A stretch of DNA of 64,000 nt, taken from the NCBI GenBank assembly GCA_963808235.1, contig CAWEEQ010000004.1:1568001-1632000 (forward strand), in the 5' to 3' direction. The notes under the pieces were generated by a model. It had not been told where the DNA came from and searched no databases. It saw only the letters and a list, made by a program, of their open reading frames with translations. Within the stretch, counting starts at the first letter, position 1; the number at the start of each line of letters is the position of its first letter. Position numbers and translations under genes: made by a program. Shown in pieces: positions 39,078-48,496 of the stretch. The DNA is from an uncultured delta proteobacterium (lineage in GTDB: Bacteria > Desulfobacterota > Binatia > Binatales > Binataceae).

Positions 39078-39908
39078 TCAGACCCACTTCGGGATGCGAA
39101 GGAGAGACGAGAAGTAGAGGATCTCGGCACCTTTATGAGCCGAGCTAGCCGTATGCATGAGCGCAAGATGTTTACAGCGTATGCCTCTGTACAGTTTTCT
39201 AATTTCATTCACGTCGTCGTAAGACACAATCCAAGGACAGGCGAGCTTTTCAACGCTCTTTCTAACTGCGACGTGATCTTCAGGCTCGTAGTCGTTGAGA
39301 TACAAGTGCCTTCCTGGACGGTAGTAGGGAGGGTCAAGATAGACTAAGGTTTTCCGCGACGAGCGACAATCTTTGAGAACATCGAGAGCATCTCGTTTAG
39401 AAATGAATATCCGGTTCTTAGAGGAGGAAATGCGCGATATCCGCCGCGCCAGTTCGGTTCGGTTAAATCGAGCATCCAGCTTCCACGTTCCTTTTTGCTC
39501 TTTCCCCCCTATCATACCTCCGTTGAGAATCCCGGAATGACTTGTGCGGTTCAAAAAGAACTTCGCGAATCCAAGTGCAAGCGTACCCGACCGTGTACCT
39601 TCCGCGTAGATAGCCTTTTGTCTGTACCACTCGTCTGGTGTGACAGATACCTCTCGGATTAGTTCCAAGAGTTCACGCGTTTTCGTTAATACACTTCGCC
39701 AGAAAGCGTAGACCGCGGAATCGAGATCGTTGAGGTGAATCTCGGTTACGAGGCCGTCGAACAGCAGGCTAAGAGCCAGACTGGCGCCTCCCGCATACGG
39801 TTCTATGTAGATCGGTTCGTCTAGGCGGTTAATTTCGATCACACGTCGGAGGAATGGTGCAATTCTCCACTTACCTCCAGGGTAGCGAAGAGGAGAGGCG
39901 CTTCTCAC
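39078..39908 (-). CDS. DNA adenine methyltransferase (Dam/D12 class)
   Basis: SPLRYPGGK, EPYAGG, NDLD, FFLNRT, YLDPPYY, WIVSYD. Confidence 0.93.
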   Translation of the reverse strand: MRSASPLRYPGGKWRIAPFLRRVIEINRLDEPIYIEPYAGGASLALSLLFDGLVTEIHLNDLDSAVYAFWRSVLTKTRELLELIREVSVTPDEWYRQKAIYAEGTRSGTLALGFAKFFLNRTSHSGILNGGMIGGKEQKGTWKLDARFNRTELARRISRISSSKNRIFISKRDALDVLKDCRSSRKTLVYLDPPYYRPGRHLYLNDYEPEDHVAVRKSVEKLACPWIVSYDDVNEIRKLYRGIRCKHLALMHTASSAHKGAEILYFSSLLRIPKWV

Positions 39909-40531
39909 AGGCTGTCAGCACCGTCCGCGCTAGGTGGCTTAGGTTGTTCGCCTGCTTTTCCCTTTCCACTCATCGTACCGAATAGAATGTCAGCTATCTC
40001 GGTAAGCTTAGCGATGGCGCTATCAGAGAAGTAACCGACCAAAAAAGAGACGGCTACGATCACCGAACAGGATCTAGTCGCGGTCGCGTCGAAAACCCGA
40101 AACAAGCCAGAGGAAATCAGAGCTATCATCGCGAAAGCGAGTCCTCCCGAGATGTGTGGTGTAAAGAAACGCCACAACCTCCGATCGAGATGCCACCATT
40201 GTTTTGCTACGGAATGATAGAGCCACTTGAGATCGAATAGCGTTCCCCCAAGAGTTCCGCCTAGCCAGGCCAAGCCGTACTTTAGGACGGAGCTATACCT
40301 CTGCTGACTGAGGCCCATCCACTTGTTCGGGAGTTCAAGCCAGAGAGCCAGCATAAGAAGAGGTGCAGCAACGAGGAGAACTCCCAAGTATGCAGATTCG
40401 AGCAAGATACCGCGGCGAGCTTCTGGGTCTGAGTACTTGGACTTCCAGTCGAGAGGATTTCGTTTGTCAGTCAGGTCGGCGGGCGCGAAACCAAGGACCT
40501 GCTCCGACTCCGGTGTGTCCGATTTTTTCAG
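39905..40531 (-). CDS. Membrane protein with about 4 TM segments; probable CTG start at 40531 (TTG 40405 in ORF track)
   Basis: 'GGTLGGTLFDLKWLYHSV', 'FLVGYFSDSAIAKL'; frame is open up to a TAA at 40544-40546. Confidence 0.75.
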   Translation of the reverse strand: MKKSDTPESEQVLGFAPADLTDKRNPLDWKSKYSDPEARRGILLESAYLGVLLVAAPLLMLALWLELPNKWMGLSQQRYSSVLKYGLAWLGGTLGGTLFDLKWLYHSVAKQWWHLDRRLWRFFTPHISGGLAFAMIALISSGLFRVFDATATRSCSVIVAVSFLVGYFSDSAIAKLTEIADILFGTMSGKGKAGEQPKPPSADGADSL

Positions 40532-41184
40532 GCCGCAACTCGCTTAAACTCGCCCAACGCATCGAGGTTGGCAGCCCATGTTCTGGCCTGATGGATGGTT
40601 GCCGATACGTTAGATAACTGTGGATGTTCGCGCCAGCTGAATTGATCAGGCAACCCGATTTGTGAAGCGATCGCGCGCCTGAACAACTGACTACCAAACT
40701 CACCGTGGCTAGCAATGCGTCCTAATCCGATCGGTTGTTCAAGATACAGGTAGTCATCGCCCCTGCTATGAGCAGTCTGGCATTCGGCAAGAGAGGCGGG
40801 AGACCAACGGACATCTTTCGGCAAGAATGGCTGAACGGCAGGAAGCAGATCGAACTTCAACGCGACAATGTGCAAGTGCGCATGATCCACTCCACAGCCT
40901 ATCAAGGAATTAGCCTTGCTTGGACCGTGTTCGAAGGCGCAAACCGAGGAGTAGGTTCGCGTCATCTGCGAGACCAGCGCATTCTTTACGTGTTTCGCCT
41001 CGGCGATCAGATCGCTGTCTAACGCACCCAACGAAACAGCATGCTTCTTCGGCAAAACGAGCAACCAACTTTCAACGAGCGCCCCGAGTGACGGTAACAC
41101 AAGAAAATTGGCTGACTCGAAGAGCGGCTCGTTCCAAAACTCGGGCTGTTTCGAGGAAAGATCAATACATATTTTGCATGCCAT
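40528..41184 (-). CDS. HIT-superfamily nucleotide hydrolase/transferase
   Basis: N-terminal CxxC, 'LLVLPKKH', 'FEHG', 'GCGVDHAHLHIV'; SD AGGAGG. Confidence 0.85.
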   Translation of the reverse strand: MACKICIDLSSKQPEFWNEPLFESANFLVLPSLGALVESWLLVLPKKHAVSLGALDSDLIAEAKHVKNALVSQMTRTYSSVCAFEHGPSKANSLIGCGVDHAHLHIVALKFDLLPAVQPFLPKDVRWSPASLAECQTAHSRGDDYLYLEQPIGLGRIASHGEFGSQLFRRAIASQIGLPDQFSWREHPQLSNVSATIHQARTWAANLDALGEFKRVAA

Positions 41185-41329
41185 TGTTTTCGTCCTCCTT
41201 CCTCCTGCCGACCTGATTTTAGGACAGAACTACCTATTTTCAAAGGCCCCTGCGGACAACAAAATTTATGTTTTGTCTAGGGGAGCCCTTTAGGCGGGAG
41301 CGGCCGATTGGCGCTGGGCAACGGGCGTG

Positions 41330-42130
41330 ATTCTCGCCCGTCGGCCCGCACCCTCACCTACCCCCGTCGCTCTGCGACGAGGCCTCCTCTCCCGTAACCT
41401 AACGGGCGAGGTGACAAACCGAAGCCCGGAATGCGGCGCAACAGACAATCGCGCCGGAAAATGTCCCCCACCCTCACCCTCCCCCGACGAACGTGGGAGG
41501 GAATTTGACGAGGGCCCAAATAAAAAGGAGCATCGCTTCGCGGAGATCCTTCGACTTCGCTCAGGATGACAGAAGAAGGCGATCCGCATGGAGGAGAAAC
41601 TGTGTGGGCGAGGGAACCAGCACTCTCCGCCCCTAAACTTCTAACAGGCGCGCCGCGCCGCATCCGATTTTTTTCTCCCACCAGAGGAAGCGCGAAACCC
41701 ACTATGGGTTTCGCATGTCCGGGTCCCGCATCTCTTCTCTTGGCCTCCCCCCAGTCACACTTCAGGCGCGCAGCGCCGCATCCTGTCTTTGTTTAGACGA
41801 ACGGGAAGGTGTGAAAAACGAAACCCGTACGGGGTTTCGTGATTGCTTCGTCCTGCGCGCGCGATACTCGATGGGTGTGTCAAGGTTAACCTTGACACAC
41901 ACGCTCCACTTCTGACCCGTGCGTAGGGCCCGAATCGTGTCTCGTATGGACAGACGGGAAGCAGTGAAAAACGAAAGCAGCGGCCATCGCTCCACGCACC
42001 CGAGGTTCGGCACCCAAGCACGAAACACGGCCGCTTGTTGAAAGTTCTAACAGGCGCAGCGCCGCATCCTGTTTTTGTTTAGACGCAAGGGGAAGCGTGA
42101 AACCTGCGTGAGGTTTCACATATTCTCTCC
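41330..42130. repeat. Dense cluster of REP/MITE-like palindromes
   Basis: Perfect 26-bp palindrome at 41875-41900; three units of CAGGCGC..GCGCCGCATCC plus GAAACC-Nx-GGTTTC hairpin; GAGATCCTTCGACTTCGCTCAGGATGACA at 41543-41571. Confidence 0.8.
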
Positions 42131-42166
42131 CGCTTCCCTTTTGCGCACGCGCGATGCGCGCGACGG

Positions 42167-43537
42167 TCACGCGGCGGCGGGCACCCAGTTGCCGTGGAAG
42201 CCCCAGGGCACTCGATGCTGCAATTTCACGCGTGCTACTGGCTTGCGCGCGAAGTCTTGCGCGTCGAGGACGACCATCTCGCTGCGATTCTGATGCTCGT
42301 CGTACCAGACTGCCAGGATCCATCCGTCGTCTTCGGCGGATTTTGCGGCGCGCGGCACGAACACCGGCTCTCCGGGCATAAAGCCTGCCCCCAGCGCGTG
42401 CGTTTCGAGCTTGTTGGTCTGATAGTCGCGCTTCAGGATCGCATTGAAGGGAGCGTCGGTGTCGAGCGACGAATGTTTCCCGCCGACGAAGTATCCGTAG
42501 CGATGCTTCCTTCCGGCGAGTCGTTCGTCGAGCCGCGGAAACTCGTTGCTGACCTCGTCAATCTGGTTCTGCTTGAGCGAGCCGTCGCGCAAGTTCAGGT
42601 TCCATCGCCACGGCAGCGGCGGATTTCCGCCAAACGTGTTGCCGGTCATGTCGAGCGCCGCCATCCGGCATCCATCGACAATCAGCGATCCGTTTTCCTC
42701 GTACGCATTGAGAAAATGAAACACGTAGAACGCTTCGTCCTGGAACCATTTCACCTCACCGGTCGCGCGATTCATCGCGCCGATTTTGGTCCCATGCTGC
42801 GGCTCCCACATCACGAGCGGCTTTCCCTGCGATGCGTTCTCGATACGGAACACTGACGGACAGACAAAAAAGATCGCGTAGTTATCGGTCGCGATAAAAT
42901 CATGCATCATCGCCGGCAGTCCGGTGTCGATCGCGCGCGACTCGATCATCGTTCCGTCGCGCCCGGCTCGATACCACGTCACGTACGGCGGCATCGCCGA
43001 GTACCCGAAGAACAGAATGTCGCCGGTCGCCGCATCGAACTTCGGATGCGCCGTCATGGGCCCGTTCAGTTTCCCGCCGAAGTCGAACAGGCCGATCGTC
43101 TCGAGCGTCTCGGGCTTCAGCTCATGCGGCAGCCCCGCCTCCCACAGCGCGAGCATCCGATTCGCATAGCCGATGATGTTGGTATTCGCCGCGTTCTTGA
43201 ACGGCGGGATGTTCGGCGGCAACTCGCGCGGCTGCTCGATCAACCCGCCGTAAAGCGCCCGCCCCACTTTCATCTCCGCCTTCAACCCGTCCGTCCGCAC
43301 GTAGCGATTGCGATACGCCGCGCGCCCGTCGCGCAGCATGAACGCATGCACCATCCCGTCCCCGTCGAACCAGTGATACCGCCCCGGCGGATTGAAATGC
43401 GGATTCGGCCCGATTCGATACAGCGCACCGTTGAGTTCACGCGGCAGCTCGCCCTCGATCTCGAGATCATAGGCGTCGCCCTCTTCGCGCCACGGCGCAT
43501 AGTTTCCGCTCAGGAATGGGTTGGTCGAGTCGTACAT
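42167..43537 (-). CDS. Carotenoid oxygenase (RPE65/lignostilbene dioxygenase) family
   Basis: 'RIGPNP..HWFDGDGMVH', Fe ligands TAHPK, MHDF, FHF, GFHG; EFPR; EPVF. Confidence 0.93.
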   Translation of the reverse strand: MYDSTNPFLSGNYAPWREEGDAYDLEIEGELPRELNGALYRIGPNPHFNPPGRYHWFDGDGMVHAFMLRDGRAAYRNRYVRTDGLKAEMKVGRALYGGLIEQPRELPPNIPPFKNAANTNIIGYANRMLALWEAGLPHELKPETLETIGLFDFGGKLNGPMTAHPKFDAATGDILFFGYSAMPPYVTWYRAGRDGTMIESRAIDTGLPAMMHDFIATDNYAIFFVCPSVFRIENASQGKPLVMWEPQHGTKIGAMNRATGEVKWFQDEAFYVFHFLNAYEENGSLIVDGCRMAALDMTGNTFGGNPPLPWRWNLNLRDGSLKQNQIDEVSNEFPRLDERLAGRKHRYGYFVGGKHSSLDTDAPFNAILKRDYQTNKLETHALGAGFMPGEPVFVPRAAKSAEDDGWILAVWYDEHQNRSEMVVLDAQDFARKPVARVKLQHRVPWGFHGNWVPAAA

Positions 43538-43588
43538 TGAAAAACCTCCGGGGTCGCTATATAGTAGAATACACTATTATTGTAATAC

Positions 43589-43605
43589 TTGACTAGACGA
43601 GTCAA
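43589..43605. promoter_or_regulatory. Inverted repeat between divergent genes (possible operator)
   Basis: TTGACT-agacg-AGTCAA in an AT-rich intergenic region. Confidence 0.4.
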
Positions 43606-43671
43606 CCGGTGCCGGTGCGCAATCGGAACGCTGCATTGCGAACTTTCTGACGGCGACTTACGATCTTCGTC

Positions 43672-44205
43672 ATGCTCGCCGATGCGCTTTGGTTCGGGGC
43701 CGGATTGTTTGCGTGGACGTTTGTCGAGTACCTGATTCATGGGGTGCTCGGGCATGCGCATCGGACGGTCGTCAGCCGGATGCACTGGGTGCATCATAGC
43801 GATCCTAGTGCGGTGTTTGCACTGGGGGCATGGATTCCGGTGACAGTGGTGCTGGTCGGCGGGTGGGTGATTTGGGGGGCGGCGCCATCGGTGATCTTGT
43901 TCGGTGGGGTGGCGGCGGGATTTGCCGGTTACGAGTTGATTCATTACCGGATTCATTTTGCGCGGCCGGCTTGCGCGCTGGAAGAGCGGCTGCGGGCGCG
44001 GCATCTGGCGCATCATTTTGCACAGCCCGATGCGATCTTCGGGGTGACCTCGCGGTTTTGGGATGTGGTATTCGGGACCGAGCCTGAAGCGTCGCGCATG
44101 CGGGAGCTGGCGGAGGCTGGTTCCGCGATCGCGCCGCACGAAGGTGCGAGCAATCTTGACCGGATGATTGGCCGGGTGATCGGCCGGAGCATCCCAGCCC
44201 GTTGA
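43672..44205 (+). CDS. Fatty acid hydroxylase/sterol desaturase family
   Basis: His boxes 'EYLIH..GH', 'HWVHH', 'HYRIH', 'HLAHH', 'FGVTS.FWD.VFGT'. Confidence 0.88.
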   Translation: MLADALWFGAGLFAWTFVEYLIHGVLGHAHRTVVSRMHWVHHSDPSAVFALGAWIPVTVVLVGGWVIWGAAPSVILFGGVAAGFAGYELIHYRIHFARPACALEERLRARHLAHHFAQPDAIFGVTSRFWDVVFGTEPEASRMRELAEAGSAIAPHEGASNLDRMIGRVIGRSIPAR

Positions 44206-44227
44206 CACATAGCTCAAGTCGAGCTAT
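44202..44227 (+). promoter_or_regulatory. -35 TTGACA next to a palindromic operator (likely PadR autoregulation)
   Basis: TTGACA at 44202, then ATAGCTC-aagtc-GAGCTAT at 44209-44227. Confidence 0.55.
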
Positions 44228-44324
44228 TGGCTTGATAGGTATGACTCAGGGATCGATCAGGACGCGGACGGCGCCGCTGTTCGCGGGCGGAGCGGCGTTC
44301 GAGATCGAGCAGACGCCGCCGCGG

Positions 44325-44936
44325 ATGGATGTGAAGTTTCCGATCCTGGGGTTTTTGAAGGAGGCGGAAGCGACCGGCTACGATCTGAAGAATCGTTTTC
44401 AGGATCCGGTCGGGTTCTTTTACCGGGTCAGTGACGGATCGATCTATCCGGCGCTCAAGAAGCTTGCGCGCGACGGGCTGGTTACGCTGCGGAGCGAACG
44501 CAACGGGCGCCGGACGCGGAAGGTATATGCAATCACGGCCAGGGGCCGGGAGCATTTTGGACGCATGCTGCGCGAGCCGGCGCAGCCCCTGTTCGTCTTC
44601 GACGAATCGCAGGTGAAGATCTATTTCGCGGACCAGGAACCGGAGATTGCGCTTGAGCATATGGAGCGCTCGCGCCGCGACGATGAAATGCGGACCGCGA
44701 TCCTGGCGCGGATGGTCGGCGATATGCGCCGCGTCGGGGTGAGCCCGGTGCGAATAGTCACGGCCGAACTCGGACGAGCTATCACGAAGGCGAAGGCGCG
44801 CGTGCTGGCCAGGCTTTGCGCGCAATTGAAACGCGAACTACAAGGGAAGCGCCGCGCGAAATCGCCGCTCAAACCGCGCGCTATGGCGACCGTCGGTGTG
44901 GCGGGGAAAATCAATCGGAGCCGGCTCACAGGATAA
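44325..44936 (+). CDS. PadR-family transcriptional regulator
   Basis: 'ILGFL..TGYDL..GSIYPALKKL..RKVYAITARG'. Confidence 0.9.
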   Translation: MDVKFPILGFLKEAEATGYDLKNRFQDPVGFFYRVSDGSIYPALKKLARDGLVTLRSERNGRRTRKVYAITARGREHFGRMLREPAQPLFVFDESQVKIYFADQEPEIALEHMERSRRDDEMRTAILARMVGDMRRVGVSPVRIVTAELGRAITKAKARVLARLCAQLKRELQGKRRAKSPLKPRAMATVGVAGKINRSRLTG

Positions 44937-44942
44937 AGGGTT

Positions 44943-45668
<726 letters not shown>

Positions 45669-45702
45669 CGGGAGAGAAGAGGAGAAAGAGAATAGAGGAA
45701 AC

Positions 45703-45850
45703 CGAAACCTCACGCAGGTTTCAGACTTCCCGTGGCGGGAGAAAAAGATCAGGATGCGGCGCGGAGCGCCGGTTAGAAGTTTTATGAGTGAGGAGAGATC
45801 TTGCCTCTCCCGCGGGTGGCGATTGTCGCCAGCTGCATGCCGGGAGAGGC
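45703..45850. repeat. Inverted copy of the 41.6-42.1 kb repeat unit plus a CTCTCCCG/CGGGAGAG hairpin
   Basis: GAAACCTCACGCAGGTTTC ... GGATGCGGCGCGGAGCGCCGGTTAGAAGTT. Confidence 0.65.
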
Positions 45851-45897
45851 GATTTGGAAAGGACTTGGCGCGCTGAGCAGTAGGTAGTGACTGAGTC

Positions 45898-47037
45898 ATG
45901 AAGTACTTTGCGTTGGTCTTTAAGAATTTGCTGCGGAGTAAGCGGCGCACCTTTTTGACGGTGGTTTCGATTGCGGTTTCGCTGTTTATTTTTTCGGCGC
46001 TGGTCAGTATGCCTACCGTGGCCAATCAGATACTTGGCGATAGCGTGTCGTCGACCCGGATTGCCACTCACAACAAGGCCGGCCTGGCCTATTCTATTCC
46101 GGTTGCTTACAAGCAGAAGATCGTGATCGTGCCGCATGTCGAAGCGGCGATGGCGCAGAGCTGGTTCGGCGGAATTCTGCATGATGTGAACGATCAGTTT
46201 CCGAACTTCGCGGTCGATCACGAAGTCGTGGACAAGGTTTATTCCGATTGGAATATCTCGCCGGAGTCGGTCGCGCAGTTCAAAAAGATTCGCACCGCGT
46301 GCCTGGTCGGGAGCGAGACGATGAAGCGTTTCAATCTTCATGTCGGCCAGCAGATCGTGCTCAAGGGTGGAATCTATCCGTTCAACGTCACGCTCAATAT
46401 CGTCGGGACGATCGGAGGCAAGGCGCCGCCGAATTTCCTGATTTTCCGCCGCGACTACCTGGAAGAGGCGGCCGGACGGCCGGGCTTCGTCGATGTGATC
46501 TGGGTCAAAGTCGACACGGCGAGCAACGTGCCGCAGGTGATCGCCGCTATAGATGAAGGTTTCGCCAACTCGTCGGCGGAGACGGTGTCGGAATCGGAAT
46601 CGGCGTTTATCGGCGGCTTTCTGCAGATGTATCGGACCTTCTTCAGGATGGCGGAAATTCTGGGCTTCATAGTCGTGATGACTATAGGACTGGTTGCGGC
46701 GAACACGGCGGCGATGTCGATTCGCGAGCGGCGCGGCGAAATCGCGGTGATGAGATCGATTGGGTTCAGGTCGCGGACGATTCTGGCGCTGCTGCTTTCG
46801 GAGTCGCTGCTAATAGGACTTATCGGCGGCTTGATTGGATGCGGCGCGGCGTTTTTCGTGCTCAAGATTTTTTCGATTGGCAATGTCGGCGGGCCGCTCG
46901 GAACGATCAGCATGCCGCCGGTGGTGCTGGCGGAGACGCTGGTGATGGCGGCGTTGATTGGGCTGTTCAGCGCGCTGGTGCCGGCGAGTTCGGCTGCGCG
47001 CAGGAATATTGTGGATGCGTTGAGAACGGTCGCGTGA
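45898..47037 (+). CDS. ABC transporter permease (MacB/FtsX family), copy 1
   Basis: 'KNLLRSKRRTFLT', 'SIRERRGEIAVMRSIGF', 'VDALR'. Confidence 0.92.
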   Translation: MKYFALVFKNLLRSKRRTFLTVVSIAVSLFIFSALVSMPTVANQILGDSVSSTRIATHNKAGLAYSIPVAYKQKIVIVPHVEAAMAQSWFGGILHDVNDQFPNFAVDHEVVDKVYSDWNISPESVAQFKKIRTACLVGSETMKRFNLHVGQQIVLKGGIYPFNVTLNIVGTIGGKAPPNFLIFRRDYLEEAAGRPGFVDVIWVKVDTASNVPQVIAAIDEGFANSSAETVSESESAFIGGFLQMYRTFFRMAEILGFIVVMTIGLVAANTAAMSIRERRGEIAVMRSIGFRSRTILALLLSESLLIGLIGGLIGCGAAFFVLKIFSIGNVGGPLGTISMPPVVLAETLVMAALIGLFSALVPASSAARRNIVDALRTVA

Positions 47038-47042
47038 GTCGA

Positions 47043-47109
47043 GATGGCATTGAGCTCGATGTTTGCGCCCTCACCCGACGCGGCGTCGGCCTCTCCCGAA
47101 GGGAGAGGC
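47043..47109 (+). repeat. 67-bp exact direct repeat (second copy 48417-48483)
   Basis: GATGGCATTGAGCTCGATGTTTGCGCCCTCACCCG...GAAGGGAGAGGC identical in both places. Confidence 0.9.
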
Positions 47110-47154
47110 AGGATCGGACTGGAATCGGAAGCGGCAGAGGTTAGTGAGTAAGTC

Positions 47155-48294
47155 GTGAAGTACTTTGCGCTGGTGTTCAAGAATTTGATGCGGAGTAAGC
47201 GGCGGACCTTTTTGACCGTGGTTTCGATTGCGGTGTCGCTGTTTATTTTTTCGGCGCTGGTCAGCATCCCGACTGTGGCTAACGAGATACTCGGTGATAC
47301 TGCGTCGTCGACCCGGATTGCGACGCATAACAAGGCCGGGCTCAGTTACAATATCCCGATTGCATACAAGCAGCGGGTCGCTACGACTCCGCATGTCGAG
47401 GCGGTGGTCGCGGAGAGCTGGTTTGGCGGGGTCTATCACGAGGTTTACGATCAGTTTCCCAACCTGGCGGTCGATTCGGAGCAGATCGATATAATGTGGC
47501 CGGATTGGGGAATCAGCAAAGAGCAGTTCGATCAGTTCAAGAAAATTCGCACCGCGTGCCTGGTGGGCGGCGGAACGATGAAGCGCTTCAACCTGCATCT
47601 GGGGCAGCAGATTCAGCTCAAAGGTACCGCGTATCCGTTCAACGTGACGCTGACGATCGTCGGCAGGATCGGCGGCAAGGCGCCGCCCGACTTCCTGTTG
47701 TTCCGGCGCGACTACCTTGAAGAGGCGGCCGGGCGGCCCGGTTTCGTGGGCAACATGTGGGTCCGGGTCGACAAGCCGGAGAATGTGCCCCAGGTGATCG
47801 CGGCGATTGACGAAGGCTTCGCCAACTCGTCCTACGAAACGCTGTCGGAATCCGAAGCGGCGTTTCTCGGCAACTTCATGCAGATGTATCGGACCTTCTT
47901 CAAGATCGCCGAGCTGCTGGGTTTTATCGTGGTGCTGACGATCGGACTGGTCGCGGCGAATACGGCGGCGATGTCGATTCGAGAGCGGCGCGGCGAAATC
48001 GCGGTGATGAGATCGATCGGATTCAGGGCGCGCACGATTCTCGCGCTGCTGCTCGCGGAGTCACTGCTGATTGGGCTTAGCGGCGGGCTTATCGGATGCG
48101 GGACGGCATTTGTCGTGCTCAAGGTTTTTGCGGTCGGCAATCTGGGCGGACCGCTCGGATCGATCAGCATGCCGCCGCTGGTGCTGGTCGAGGCGCTGGT
48201 CGTGGCGGTGTTGATTGGGATCTTCAGCGCGCTGGTGCCGGCGAGTTCGGCGGCGCGGAGGAATATTGTGGATGCGTTGAGGACGGTGGCTTAG
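47155..48294 (+). CDS. ABC transporter permease (MacB/FtsX family), copy 2
   Basis: Same length (379 aa) as copy 1, with near-identical termini. Confidence 0.92.
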   Translation: MKYFALVFKNLMRSKRRTFLTVVSIAVSLFIFSALVSIPTVANEILGDTASSTRIATHNKAGLSYNIPIAYKQRVATTPHVEAVVAESWFGGVYHEVYDQFPNLAVDSEQIDIMWPDWGISKEQFDQFKKIRTACLVGGGTMKRFNLHLGQQIQLKGTAYPFNVTLTIVGRIGGKAPPDFLLFRRDYLEEAAGRPGFVGNMWVRVDKPENVPQVIAAIDEGFANSSYETLSESEAAFLGNFMQMYRTFFKIAELLGFIVVLTIGLVAANTAAMSIRERRGEIAVMRSIGFRARTILALLLAESLLIGLSGGLIGCGTAFVVLKVFAVGNLGGPLGSISMPPLVLVEALVVAVLIGIFSALVPASSAARRNIVDALRTVA

Positions 48295-48496
48295 TTTTTT
48301 CAGTGAACGTGCAGGAGGCGTGCGTGGTTACGTCAATACAAGGAGAGTGCACACCGCTGGGCGTGAAACCTCACCCTAACCCTCTCCTTGGAACGGAGAG
48401 GAAAAATAGAGTCGAGGATGGCATTGAGCTCGATGTTTGCGCCCTCACCCGACGCGGCGTCGGCCTCTCCCGAAGGGAGAGGCGTAGGAATTAGAG

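Noticed and set aside
39078-39908. Complete type II restriction-modification system
   Set aside because: No recognisable endonuclease among the neighbouring genes.
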